From: Escherichia coli O127:H6 str. E2348/69
GTDB taxonomy: Bacteria > Pseudomonadota > Gammaproteobacteria > Enterobacterales > Enterobacteriaceae
Length of the DNA: 64,000 bases
Assembly: GCF_000026545.1 (NCBI RefSeq)
Contig: NC_011601.1
Direction: 5' to 3' (one strand)
Part shown: positions 51,726 through 62,007 of the stretch, piece after piece
Position numbering within the stretch: position 1 is the stretch's first letter
How the letters are laid out: each line of letters starts with the position of its first letter
Translations under genes and position numbers: made by a program
The notes under the pieces: generated by a model
What the model saw: only the letters and a program-made list of their open reading frames with translations
The model's database searches: none
What the model was told of the DNA's origin: nothing

Positions 51726-54362
51726 ATGTCATATCTGAATTTAAGAATTTACCAGCGAAACACACAATGCTTGCATATTCGTAAGCATCGTTTGGCTGTT
51801 TTTTTTGTCCGGCTCTTTGTCGCCTGTGCTTTTGCCGCACAGGCACCTTTGTCATCTGCCGAACTCTATTTTAATCCGCGCTTTTTAGCGGATGATCCCC
51901 AGGCTGTGGCCGATTTATCGCGTTTTGAAAATGGGCAAGAATTGCCGCCAGGGACGTATCGTGTCGATATCTATTTGAATAATGGTTATATGGCAACGCG
52001 TGATGTCACATTTAATACGGGCGACAGTGAACAAGGGATTGTTCCCTGCCTGACACGCGCGCAACTCGCCAGTATGGGGCTGAATACAGCTTCTGTCTCC
52101 GGTATGAATCTGCTGGCGGATGATGCCTGCGTGCCATTAACCTCAATGATCCATGACGCTACTGCGCATTTAGATGTTGGTCAGCAGCGACTCAACCTGA
52201 CGATCCCTCAGGCATTTATGAGTAATCGCGCGCGTGGATATATTCCTCCTGAGTTGTGGGATCCCGGTATTAATGCCGGCTTGCTCAATTATAATTTCAG
52301 CGGAAATAGTGTACAGAATCGGATTGGTAGTAACAGCCATTATGCATATTTAAACCTACAGAGTGGGCTAAATATTGGTGCGTGGCGTTTACGCGACAAT
52401 ACCACCTGGAGTTATAACAGTAGCGACAGTTCATCAGGTAGCAAAAATAAATGGCAGCATATCAATACCTGGCTTGAGCGAGACATAATTCCGTTACGTT
52501 CCCGGCTGACGCTGGGTGATGGTTATACCCAGGGCGATATTTTCGATGGTATTAACTTTCGCGGCGCACAATTGGCCTCAGATGACAATATGTTACCCGA
52601 TAGCCAAAGAGGATTTGCCCCGGTGATCCACGGTATTGCTCGTGGTACTGCACAGGTCACTATTAAACAAAATGGGTATGACATTTATAATAGTACGGTG
52701 CCACCGGGGCCTTTTACCATCAACGATATCTATGCCGCAGGTAATAGTGGTGACTTGCAGGTAACGATTAAAGAGGCTGACGGCAGTACGCAGATTTTTA
52801 CCGTACCCTATTCGTCAGTCCCGCTCTTGCAACGTGAAGGGCATACACGTTATTCCATTACGGCAGGAGAATACCGTAGTGGAAATGCGCAACAGGAAAA
52901 ACCCCGCTTTTTCCAGAGTACATTACTCCACGGCCTTCCGGCTGGCTGGACAATATATGGTGGAGCGCAACTGGCGGATCGTTATCGTGCTTTTAATTTC
53001 GGTATCGGGAAAAACATGGGGGCACTGGGCGCTCTGTCTGTGGATATGACGCAGGCTAATTCCACACTTCCCGATGACAGTCAGCATGACGGACAATCGG
53101 TGCGTTTTCTTTATAACAAATCGCTCAATGAGTCAGGCACGAATATTCAGTTAGTGGGTTACCGTTATTCGACCAGTGGGTATTTTAATTTCGCTGATAC
53201 AACATACAGTCGAATGAATGGCTACAACATCGAAACACAGGATGGTGTTATTCAGGTTAAGCCGAAATTCACCGACTATTACAATCTCGCTTATAACAAA
53301 CGCGGGAAATTACAACTCACCGTTACTCAGCAACTCGGGCGCACATCAACACTGTATTTGAGTGGTAGCCATCAAACTTATTGGGGAACGAGTAATGTCG
53401 ATGAGCAATTCCAGGCAGGATTAAATACTGCGTTCGAAGATATTAACTGGACGCTCAGCTATAGCCTGACGAAAAACGCCTGGCAAAAAGGACGGGATCA
53501 GATGTTAGCTCTTAACGTCAATATTCCTTTCAGCCACTGGCTGCGTTCTGACAGTAAATCTCAGTGGCGACATGCCAGTGCCAGCTACAGCATGTCACAC
53601 GATCTCAACGGTCGGATGACCAATCTGGCCGGTGTATACGGTACGTTGCTGGAAGACAACAACCTCAGCTATAGCGTGCAAACCGGTTATGCCGGGGGAG
53701 GCGATGGAAATAGCGGAAGTACAGGCTACGCCACGCTGAATTATCGCGGTGGTTACGGCAATGCCAATATCGGTTACAGCCATAGCGATGATATTAAGCA
53801 GCTCTATTACGGAGTCAGCGGTGGGGTACTGGCTCATGCCAATGGCGTAACGCTGGGGCAGCCGTTAAACGATACGGTGGTGCTTGTTAAAGCGCCTGGC
53901 GCAAAAGATGCAAAAGTCGAAAACCAGACAGGAGTGCGTACCGACTGGCGGGGTTATGCCGTGCTGCCATATGCCACTGAATATCGGGAAAACAGAGTGG
54001 CGCTGGATACCAATACCCTGGCTGATAACGTCGATTTAGATAATGCGGTCGCTAACGTTGTTCCCACCCGTGGAGCGATCGTGCGAGCAGAGTTTAAAGC
54101 GCGCGTTGGGATAAAACTGCTCATGACGCTAACCCACAATAATAAGCCGCTGCCGTTTGGGGCGATGGTGACATCAGAGAGTAGCCAGAGTAGCGGCATT
54201 GTTGCGGATAATGGTCAGGTTTACCTCAGCGGAATGCCTTTAGCGGGAAAAGTTCAGGTGAAATGGGGAGAAGAGGAAAATGCTCACTGTGTCGCCAATT
54301 ATCAACTGCCACCAGAGAGTCAGCAGCAGTTATTAACCCAGCTATCAGCTGAATGTCGTTAA
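51726..54362 (+). CDS. fimD: outer-membrane fimbrial usher
   Basis: 878 aa. Confidence 0.96.
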   Translation: MSYLNLRIYQRNTQCLHIRKHRLAVFFVRLFVACAFAAQAPLSSAELYFNPRFLADDPQAVADLSRFENGQELPPGTYRVDIYLNNGYMATRDVTFNTGDSEQGIVPCLTRAQLASMGLNTASVSGMNLLADDACVPLTSMIHDATAHLDVGQQRLNLTIPQAFMSNRARGYIPPELWDPGINAGLLNYNFSGNSVQNRIGSNSHYAYLNLQSGLNIGAWRLRDNTTWSYNSSDSSSGSKNKWQHINTWLERDIIPLRSRLTLGDGYTQGDIFDGINFRGAQLASDDNMLPDSQRGFAPVIHGIARGTAQVTIKQNGYDIYNSTVPPGPFTINDIYAAGNSGDLQVTIKEADGSTQIFTVPYSSVPLLQREGHTRYSITAGEYRSGNAQQEKPRFFQSTLLHGLPAGWTIYGGAQLADRYRAFNFGIGKNMGALGALSVDMTQANSTLPDDSQHDGQSVRFLYNKSLNESGTNIQLVGYRYSTSGYFNFADTTYSRMNGYNIETQDGVIQVKPKFTDYYNLAYNKRGKLQLTVTQQLGRTSTLYLSGSHQTYWGTSNVDEQFQAGLNTAFEDINWTLSYSLTKNAWQKGRDQMLALNVNIPFSHWLRSDSKSQWRHASASYSMSHDLNGRMTNLAGVYGTLLEDNNLSYSVQTGYAGGGDGNSGSTGYATLNYRGGYGNANIGYSHSDDIKQLYYGVSGGVLAHANGVTLGQPLNDTVVLVKAPGAKDAKVENQTGVRTDWRGYAVLPYATEYRENRVALDTNTLADNVDLDNAVANVVPTRGAIVRAEFKARVGIKLLMTLTHNNKPLPFGAMVTSESSQSSGIVADNGQVYLSGMPLAGKVQVKWGEEENAHCVANYQLPPESQQQLLTQLSAECR

Positions 54363-54371
54363 GGGGGCGTG

Positions 54372-54902
54372 ATGAGAAACAAACCTTTTTATCTTCTTTG
54401 CGCTTTTTTGTGGCTGGCGGTAAGTCACGCTTTGGCTGCGGATAGCACGATTACTATCCGCGGCTATGTCAGAGATAATGGCTGTAGTGTGGCCGCTGAA
54501 TCAACCAATTTTACTGTTGATCTGATGGAAAACGCGGCGAAGCAATTTAACAACATTGGCGCGACGACTCCTGTCGTTCCATTTCGTATTTTGCTGTCAC
54601 CCTGTGGTAACGCTGTTTCTGCCGTAAAGGTTGGGTTTACTGGCGTTGCAGATAGCCACAATGCCAACCTGCTTGCACTTGAAAATACGGTGTCAGCGGC
54701 TGCGGGACTGGGAATACAGCTTCTGAATGAGCAGCAAAATGAGATACCCCTTAATGCCCCATCGTCCGCGATTTCGTGGACGACCCTGACGCCGGGTAAA
54801 CCAAATACGTTGAATTTTTACGCCCGGCTAATGGCGACACAGGTGCCTGTCACTGCGGGGCATATCAATGCCACGGCTACCTTCACTCTTGAATATCAGT
54901 AA
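54372..54902 (+). CDS. fimF: fimbrial adaptor subunit FimF
   Basis: ATG at 54372 ([22 protein letters not shown]), 176 aa. Confidence 0.93.
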   Translation: MRNKPFYLLCAFLWLAVSHALAADSTITIRGYVRDNGCSVAAESTNFTVDLMENAAKQFNNIGATTPVVPFRILLSPCGNAVSAVKVGFTGVADSHNANLLALENTVSAAAGLGIQLLNEQQNEIPLNAPSSAISWTTLTPGKPNTLNFYARLMATQVPVTAGHINATATFTLEYQ

Positions 54903-54914
54903 CTGGAGATGCTC

Positions 54915-55418
54915 ATGAAATGGCGCAAACGTGGGTATTTATTGGCGGCAATGTTGGCGTTCGCAAGTGCGACGATACAGGCAGCCGATGTCACCATCAC
55001 GGTTAACGGTAAGGTCGTCGCCAAACCGTGTACGGTTTCCACCACCAATGCCACGGTAGATCTCGGCGATCTTTATTCTTTCAGTCTGATGTCTGCCGGG
55101 GCGGCATCGGCCTGGCATGATGTTGCGCTTGAGTTGACTAATTGTCCGGTGGGAACGTCGAGGGTCACTGCCAGCTTCAGCGGGGCAGCCGACAGTACCG
55201 GATATTATAAAAACCAGGGGACCGCGCAAAACATCCAGTTAGAGCTACAGGATGACAGTGGCAACACATTGAATACTGGCGCAACCAAAACAGTTCAGGT
55301 GGATGATTCCTCACAATCAGCGCACTTCCCGTTACAGGTCAGAGCATTGACGGTAAATGGCGGAGCCACTCAGGGAACCATTCAGGCAGTGATTAGCATC
55401 ACCTATACCTACAGCTGA
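54915..55418 (+). CDS. fimG: fimbrial adaptor subunit FimG
   Basis: ATG at 54915 (MKWRKRGYLLAAMLAFASA), 167 aa, RBS TGGAG. Confidence 0.93.
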   Translation: MKWRKRGYLLAAMLAFASATIQAADVTITVNGKVVAKPCTVSTTNATVDLGDLYSFSLMSAGAASAWHDVALELTNCPVGTSRVTASFSGAADSTGYYKNQGTAQNIQLELQDDSGNTLNTGATKTVQVDDSSQSAHFPLQVRALTVNGGATQGTIQAVISITYTYS

Positions 55419-55437
55419 ACCCAAAGAGATGATTGTA

Positions 55438-56340
55438 ATGAAACGAGTTATTACCCTGTTTGCTGTACTGCTGATGGGCTGGTCGGTAAATGCCTGGTCA
55501 TTCGCCTGTAAAACCGCCAATGGTACCGCAATCCCTATTGGCGGTGGCAGCGCCAATGTTTATGTAAACCTTGCGCCTGCCGTGAATGTGGGGCAAAACC
55601 TGGTCGTGGATCTTTCGACGCAAATCTTTTGCCATAACGATTACCCGGAAACCATTACAGATTATGTCACACTGCAACGAGGCTCGGCTTATGGCGGCGT
55701 GTTATCTAATTTTTCCGGGACCGTAAAATATAGTGGCAGTAGCTATCCATTTCCTACCACCAGTGAAACGCCGCGGGTTGTTTATAATTCGAGAACGGAT
55801 AAGCCGTGGCCGGTGGCGCTTTATTTGACGCCTGTGAGCAGTGCGGGCGGGGTGGCGATTAAAGCTGGCTCATTAATTGCCATGCTTATTTTGCGACAGA
55901 CCAACAACTATAACAGCGATGATTTCCAGTTTGTGTGGAATATTTACGCCAATAATGATGTGGTGGTGCCTACTGGCGGCTGCGATGTTTCTGCTCGTGA
56001 TGTCACCGTTACTCTGCCGGACTACCCTGGTTCAGTGCCGATTCCTCTTACCGTTTATTGTGCGAAAAGCCAAAACCTGGGGTATTACCTCTCCGGCACA
56101 ACCGCAGATGCGGGCAACTCGATTTTCACCAATACCGCGTCGTTTTCACCCGCGCAGGGCGTCGGCGTACAGTTGACGCGCAACGGTACGATTATTCCAG
56201 CGAATAACACGGTATCGTTAGGAGCAGTAGAGACTTCGGCGGTAAGTCTGGGATTAACGGCAAATTACGCACGTACCGGAGGGCAGGTGACTGCAGGGAA
56301 TGTGCAATCGATTATTGGCGTGACATTTGTTTATCAATAA
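55438..56340 (+). CDS. fimH: mannose-binding fimbrial adhesin
   Basis: ATG at 55438 (MKRVITLFAVLLMGWSVNAWS|FACKTANG...), 300 aa. Confidence 0.96.
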   Translation: MKRVITLFAVLLMGWSVNAWSFACKTANGTAIPIGGGSANVYVNLAPAVNVGQNLVVDLSTQIFCHNDYPETITDYVTLQRGSAYGGVLSNFSGTVKYSGSSYPFPTTSETPRVVYNSRTDKPWPVALYLTPVSSAGGVAIKAGSLIAMLILRQTNNYNSDDFQFVWNIYANNDVVVPTGGCDVSARDVTVTLPDYPGSVPIPLTVYCAKSQNLGYYLSGTTADAGNSIFTNTASFSPAQGVGVQLTRNGTIIPANNTVSLGAVETSAVSLGLTANYARTGGQVTAGNVQSIIGVTFVYQ

Positions 56341-56374
56341 AGAAATCACAGGACATTGCTAATGCTGGTACCTG

Positions 56375-56452
56375 AGGCGCTACGCTATCAGACCTACAAA
56401 ACCTGCACGTTAGCCCTTTGTAGGCCAGATGCGCCAGCGTCGCATCTGGCAT
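56375..56452. repeat. REP/BIME-like element downstream of fimH
   Basis: gcgctacgctatcagacctaca and gtaggccagatgcgccagcgtcgcatctggcat are REP-type palindromic units. Confidence 0.7.
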
Positions 56453-56484
56453 AAACAAAGCGCACTTTGCCGACAATCCGAACA

Positions 56485-56516
56485 GAGCCTGCCATTGGCA
56501 GGCTCCGGTGTTCTTT
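56485..56516. terminator. hairpin between fimH and the gntP remnant (probable bidirectional terminator)
   Basis: gagcctgcc (56485-56493) / ggcaggctc (56497-56505) followed by cggtgttctttt. Confidence 0.5.
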
Positions 56517-56732
56517 TACGCTACCATGCTAATAATCAACACCATAATCAGCCCAACCACGGAGTTGACCAGCTCCAGCAGACCCCAGGTTTTCAACGTG
56601 TCTTTTACTGACAGGTCAAAGTAATCTAAGAGGCATTGCTAATGTAGGGAATGTGTCTGAACCTGCGGTCATTGTCAGTACCAGCATCAGACCAATGCCG
56701 AATACCACTCAGAGAATGTTAAGCACATGCAT
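56516..56732 (-). pseudogene. gntP: gntP (gluconate/fructuronate permease) remnant: nonsense codon plus a large internal deletion
   Basis: The minus strand reads ATG CAT GTG CTT AAC ATT CTC TGA (MHVLNIL*, stop at 56709-56711, where I recall Trp). After about 19 GntP-like codons the sequence diverges, then rejoins the last 36 codons ([36 protein letters not shown]). Confidence 0.8.
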
Positions 56733-56785
56733 AGCGTTTTACCTTACCTGGTTGAACCGTTGTTATTTTGGGCGACATGTTATGT

Positions 56786-56801
56786 AAATTGGTCAACCAT
56801 T
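56786..56801. promoter_or_regulatory. UxuR/ExuR-type operator half-palindrome upstream of uxuA
   Basis: AAATTGGTCAACCATT resembles the AAATTGGT..ACCAATTT operator consensus. Confidence 0.45.
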
Positions 56802-56892
56802 GTTGCGATGAATGTCACATCCTCTGATCAATAACCATCGATTACCCTTTGCTGCAATTTGCAGCAACAACCAGGAGAGTGAAATTCTTGTG

Positions 56893-56910
56893 ATGTGGTT
56901 AACCAATTTT
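56893..56910. promoter_or_regulatory. UxuR/ExuR-type operator next to a TTGACA -35 box
   Basis: atgTGGTTAACCAATTTt has a palindromic core TGGTTAACCA. TTGACA lies at 56921-56926. Confidence 0.55.
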
Positions 56911-57071
56911 AGAATTCGGGTTGACATGTCTTACCAAAAGGTAGAACTTATACGCCATCTCATCCGATGCGACGCTACGGCTGTGGCCGGGTTGTTCATC
57001 CGGATACCTAAACAACTCCGGGGTTCCGCGTCTCTTCGCTGTTGAACCCACTATGTGAAAGAGGAAAAATC

Positions 57072-58256
57072 ATGGAACAGACCTGGCGCTGGTACGGCCC
57101 AAACGATCCGGTTTCTTTAGCTGATGTCCGTCAGGCGGGCGCAACTGGCGTGGTTACCGCGCTGCACCATATCCCGAATGGCGAAGTATGGTCCGTTGAA
57201 GAGATCCTCAAACGCAAGGCGATCGTTGAAGACGCAGGCCTGGTATGGTCTGTCGTAGAAAGCGTGCCAATTCACGAAGATATCAAAACCCACACCGGCA
57301 ACTATGAGCAGTGGATCGCTAACTATCAGCAGACTCTGCGCAACCTGGCGCAGTGCGGCATTCGCACCGTGTGCTACAACTTCATGCCGGTGCTCGACTG
57401 GACCCGTACTGACCTCGAATACGTGCTGCCAGACGGCTCCAAAGCTCTGCGCTTCGACCAGATCGAATTCGCTGCATTCGAAATGCATATCCTGAAGCGT
57501 CCAGGCGCGGAAGCGGATTACACCGAAGAAGAAATTGCTCAGGCCGCAGTTCGCTTCGCTACCATGAGCGACGAAGACAAAGCGCGTCTGACCCGTAACA
57601 TCATTGCCGGTCTGCCAGGTGCGGAAGAAGGGTATACCCTCGACCAGTTCCGTAAGCACCTGGAGCTATACAAAGATATCGACAAAGCCAAACTGCGCGA
57701 AAACTTTGCCGTCTTCCTGAAAGCGATTATTCCGGTTGCCGAAGAAGTTGGCGTGCGTATGGCGGTTCACCCGGACGATCCGCCGCGCCCGATCCTCGGC
57801 CTGCCGCGCATTGTTTCCACCATTGAAGATATGCAGTGGATGGTTGATACCGTAAACAGCATGGCGAACGGTTTCACCATGTGCACCGGTTCCTACGGCG
57901 TGCGTGCTGACAACGATCTGGTTGATATGATCAAGCAGTTCGGTCCGCGTATTTACTTCACCCATCTGCGCTCCACCATGCGTGAAGATAACCCGAAAAC
58001 CTTCCACGAAGCGGCGCACCTGAACGGTGACGTTGATATGTACGAAGTGGTGAAAGCGATTGTTGAAGAAGAACACCGTCGTAAAGCGGAAGGCAAAGAA
58101 GACCTGATCCCGATGCGTCCGGACCACGGTCATCAGATGCTGGACGACCTGAAGAAGAAAACCAATCCTGGTTACTCCGCAATTGGTCGTCTGAAAGGCC
58201 TGGCCGAAGTTCGCGGTGTCGAACTGGCGATCCAGCGCGCTTTCTTTAGCCGTTAA
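57072..58256 (+). CDS. uxuA: mannonate dehydratase
   Basis: ATG at 57072 ([23 protein letters not shown]...), 394 aa, RBS GAGGAAAA. Confidence 0.96.
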
Positions 58257-58336
58257 TACCCACCGGCATGGCTGCGCGCCGTGCCGGTTCCTTCTTCCTT
58301 GCCGTCACTCTCTGAAGACGGATTCTGGAGTTTACG

Positions 58337-59797
58337 ATGACTACTATTGTTGACAGCAATCTGCCGGTTGCCCGCCCGTCATGGGATCATTCTCGTCTGG
58401 AATCACGCATTGTGCATCTCGGTTGCGGGGCGTTTCACCGCGCGCACCAGGCGCTGTATACCCATCATCTGCTGGAAAGTACCGACAGCGACTGGGGTAT
58501 CTGCGAAGTTAACCTGATGCCAGGCAACGACCGCGTGCTGATCGAAAACCTGAAAAAACAGCAACTGCTGTACACCGTGGCGGAAAAAGGCGCGGAAAGC
58601 ACCGAGCTGAAAATTATCGGTTCGATGAAAGAAGCGCTGCATCCGGAAATCGACGGCTGCGAAGGTATTCTCAACGCGATGGCGCGTCCGCAGACGGCGA
58701 TTGTCTCCCTGACGGTCACGGAAAAAGGCTACTGTGCCGATGCGGCAAGCGGTCAGTTGGATCTCAATAACCCGCTGATCAAGCACGATCTCGAAAACCC
58801 GACTGCGCCGAAGTCTGCGATTGGTTACATCGTAGAAGCCCTGCGGCTGCGTCGTGAAAAAGGGCTGAAAGCGTTTACGGTGATGTCCTGCGATAACGTG
58901 CGTGAAAACGGTCATGTGGCGAAGGTCGCCGTTCTTGGGCTGGCTCAGGCGCGTGACCCGCAACTGGCGGCATGGATTGAAGAAAACGTCACCTTCCCGT
59001 GCACCATGGTTGACCGCATCGTTCCGGCGGCGACGCCAGAAACCTTACAGGAAATTGCTGACCAGCTGGGTGTTTACGACCCGTGCGCCATTGCCTGCGA
59101 ACCGTTCCGTCAGTGGGTGATTGAAGATAACTTCGTTAATGGTCGCCCGGACTGGGATAAAGTCGGCGCGCAGTTTGTTGCGGATGTTGTACCGTTCGAA
59201 ATGATGAAGCTGCGTATGCTGAACGGTAGCCACTCTTTCCTGGCGTACCTCGGTTACCTCGGCGGCTATGAAACTATTGCCGACACCATGACTAACCCGG
59301 CTTATCGCAAAGCGGCCTTTGCCCTGATGATGCAGGAACAAGCGCCAACGCTGTCGATGCCGGAAGGTACAGACCTGAACGCTTATGCGACGCTGCTGAT
59401 CGAGCGTTTCAGCAACCCGTCTCTGCGTCACCGTACCTGGCAGATTGCAATGGACGGCAGCCAGAAGTTACCACAGCGTCTGCTGGATCCGGTGCGTTTG
59501 CACCTGCAAAACGGCGGTAGCTGGCGTCACCTGGCGCTGGGCGTGGCGGGCTGGATGCGTTACACCCAGGGCGTGGATGAGCAGGGTAATGCCATTGACG
59601 TGGTTGACCCGATGCTGGCGGAGTTCCAGAAGATCAACGCGCAGTATCAGGGTGCAGACCGCGTGAAAGCACTGCTGGGCCTGAGCGGTATCTTTGCCGA
59701 TGATCTGCCGCAGAACGCCGACTTTGTTGGCGCGGTGACGGCGGCATATCAGCAGCTGTGTGAGCGCGGTGCGCGCGAGTGTGTGGCTGCGCTGTAA
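58337..59797 (+). CDS. uxuB: D-mannonate oxidoreductase
   Basis: 486 aa with an N-terminal Rossmann motif HLGCGAFHRAH. Confidence 0.95.
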   Translation: MTTIVDSNLPVARPSWDHSRLESRIVHLGCGAFHRAHQALYTHHLLESTDSDWGICEVNLMPGNDRVLIENLKKQQLLYTVAEKGAESTELKIIGSMKEALHPEIDGCEGILNAMARPQTAIVSLTVTEKGYCADAASGQLDLNNPLIKHDLENPTAPKSAIGYIVEALRLRREKGLKAFTVMSCDNVRENGHVAKVAVLGLAQARDPQLAAWIEENVTFPCTMVDRIVPAATPETLQEIADQLGVYDPCAIACEPFRQWVIEDNFVNGRPDWDKVGAQFVADVVPFEMMKLRMLNGSHSFLAYLGYLGGYETIADTMTNPAYRKAAFALMMQEQAPTLSMPEGTDLNAYATLLIERFSNPSLRHRTWQIAMDGSQKLPQRLLDPVRLHLQNGGSWRHLALGVAGWMRYTQGVDEQGNAIDVVDPMLAEFQKINAQYQGADRVKALLGLSGIFADDLPQNADFVGAVTAAYQQLCERGARECVAAL

Positions 59798-59820
59798 CTA
59801 ACTGATTACCCTACAGACTT

Positions 59821-59867
59821 ACTGGTCAATCAAACTAATATTTGGTTGACCAGTTTTCGTTTTTTTG
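59821..59867 (+). terminator. uxuB rho-independent terminator
   Basis: actggtcaa (59821-59829) / ttgaccagt (59846-59854) followed by tttcgttttttt. Confidence 0.7.
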
Positions 59868-59940
59868 CCCACCTGTACGTGCCAACATCCAGTGCTAATG
59901 GTATAGTTTGAGCTTAACGGGTGCCGTAAAATTGCCCGTT

Positions 59941-59973
<33 letters not shown>

Positions 59974-60011
59974 AAAAAATTTGATTAACCGCACCTAACG
60001 GACACAACACC

Positions 60012-60785
60012 ATGAAATCTGCCACCTCTGCGCAAAGACCTTACCAGGAAGTCGGGGCGATGATCCGCGATCTGATCATAAAGACGCCGTACAATCCTGG
60101 CGAACGGCTGCCACCGGAGCGTGAAATTGCAGAAATGCTTGATGTCACGCGGACGGTGGTACGTGAAGCGCTGATCATGCTGGAGATCAAAGGGCTGGTG
60201 GAAGTGCGTCGGGGTGCAGGTATCTATGTTCTTGATAGCTCAGGCAGCCACAACGCAGACAGTCCGGATGCCAACGTCTGCAACGATGCCGGTCCTTTTG
60301 AGCTGTTACAGGCGCGGCAGTTACTGGAAAGTAACATCGCCGAGTTTGCCGCCCTGCAGGCTACCCGCGAAGATATCGTCAAAATGCGCCAGGCATTGCA
60401 ACTGGAAGAGCGTGAACTGGCTTCCAGCGCGCCGGGCAGCAGCGAAAGCGGTGACATGCAGTTCCATCTCGCTATTGCCGAAGCAACGCATAACAGCATG
60501 CTGGTGGAGTTATTCCGTCAGTCCTGGCAGTGGCGGGAAAACAATCCAATGTGGATCCAGTTGCACAGCCACCTGGATGACAGCCTGTATCGCAAAGAGT
60601 GGTTGGGCGATCACAAACAGATCCTCGCCGCGTTAATCAAAAAAGATGCCCGAGCGGCGAAGCTGGCAATGTGGCAGCATCTGGAGAATGTGAAGCAGCG
60701 CTTGCTGGAGTTCTCTAATGTTGATGACATCTATTTCGATGGCTATCTGTTTGATTCATGGCCGCTGGATAAAGTCGACGCCTGA
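60012..60785 (+). CDS. uxuR: GntR-family repressor of the uxu regulon
   Basis: 257 aa with an N-terminal wHTH (GERLPPEREIAEMLDVTRTVVREAL) and an FCD domain. Confidence 0.95.
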   Translation: MKSATSAQRPYQEVGAMIRDLIIKTPYNPGERLPPEREIAEMLDVTRTVVREALIMLEIKGLVEVRRGAGIYVLDSSGSHNADSPDANVCNDAGPFELLQARQLLESNIAEFAALQATREDIVKMRQALQLEERELASSAPGSSESGDMQFHLAIAEATHNSMLVELFRQSWQWRENNPMWIQLHSHLDDSLYRKEWLGDHKQILAALIKKDARAAKLAMWQHLENVKQRLLEFSNVDDIYFDGYLFDSWPLDKVDA

Positions 60786-60798
60786 TCCCTCATTTCTG

Positions 60799-60822
60799 GT
60801 GCAAAGTTGAACCGCTTTGCAC
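60799..60822 (+). terminator. hairpin after uxuR (possible terminator)
   Basis: gtgcaaag (60799-60806) / ctttgcac (60815-60822). The T-tract is poor. Confidence 0.4.
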
Positions 60823-61198
60823 TATGTATGTTCCCTGAATAGTTAATTATGTTCTGCAGAATATATTATGCGTAAATTAATCATTACGTACGATATATTG
60901 TTTTGGAATAATTATATATCAGTTTAACGCTGAGAAATTATTCGGAATAATCAGAATATGTTAACGTATTTCCGTTATGTTTAATGACTTTTGTCAAATG
61001 ATACCTTTTTAAATAAAAAGTCAGTGGATATTCTTTTCTGTACAGTGTTTTATCTTTGGCGGATCTTATAAATCCCTTATGAAAGTGCCAGGGACGCAAT
61101 GAGCATAAAGGAATGATTATGGAATATGAGCATCAACCCAGTGGTGTCCGGCAGCCAGGGCAGGATACAGATGCCACTAAACGTCAGGAGTGCGCAAA

Positions 61199-61582
61199 AT
61201 GATGCGCCAATCAGTTCAGACGGTATTACCTGAAAGTACAGGAAACAATACGTTATCGCTGCGTGATTCCGTATGCCGGGATCTCTTTCAACTTTTTAGT
61301 TCTCCCCATTCACCGCTACCAATATTACTTGTTTCAGGCATGCCTGAGTGGCAAGGGCATAATCAGAGCGACAAGCTTCTCCAGAGTTGGTATTGCCGCC
61401 AGTTACGTTCCGCGCTTTTATTTCATGAGCCACGTATTGCGGCATTGCAGGTCAATCTGAAAGCAGTCTATTGCCACGAGTTGGTCATTAGTCTGGATAT
61501 GATGCTGTACCACGATGATGAGCCGCTAACGTTTGACCTGGTCTGGCAGAAGGGGAGCTGGCATCGCACGATGCCGCAGTAA
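61199..61582 (+). CDS. iraD: anti-adaptor protein IraD (RssB inhibitor)
   Basis: [30 protein letters not shown]...[26 protein letters not shown] matches my recollection of IraD. The ATG at 61199 has an AGGAG 8 nt upstream; the track starts at a GTG at 61190. Confidence 0.75.
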   Translation: MMRQSVQTVLPESTGNNTLSLRDSVCRDLFQLFSSPHSPLPILLVSGMPEWQGHNQSDKLLQSWYCRQLRSALLFHEPRIAALQVNLKAVYCHELVISLDMMLYHDDEPLTFDLVWQKGSWHRTMPQ

Positions 61583-61629
61583 ATGACGGGAAACGCGATA
61601 CGCGCAAGACGTATCGCGTTAGGTCACAA

Positions 61630-62007
61630 TTAGTGGGAGGTTCTGATTGCTGCTTTCAAGGCCGGAAGCCGGGACGGACTGGCACTGAGCTTATCAATCC
61701 CCATGGTGAGCAGTCGTGCTGTTTGCTGGGTATCTCCAGCCATTTCGCCGCACATACTGACCGGAATTTCATTATTACGTCCGGCCTGACACACCATAGC
61801 AATAGCGTTAATCACCGCGTCATTACGATAATCGACCAGTTCCGCGACGGTGCTATTTCCTCTGTCTGCCGCCATAATATATTGCGTCAGATCGTTGGTG
61901 CCGATGGAAAAGAAATCGACTTCACTGGCTAATTTTTCTGCAATCATGACTGCAGCAGGAACCTCAATCATAATTCCCAGCGCCGGAAGATTTTCTGCAG
62001 AAAACTT
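61630..62007 (-). pseudogene. C-terminal fragment of a PtsI-like PEP-utilizing enzyme
   Basis: ..NLPALGIMIEVPAAVMIAEKLASEVDFFSIGTNDLTQY...CGEMAGD.. corresponds to the TIM-barrel C-terminus of enzyme I. The frame is closed at 62008-62010, exactly at the hypT stop, and no N-terminal two thirds is present. Confidence 0.75.
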
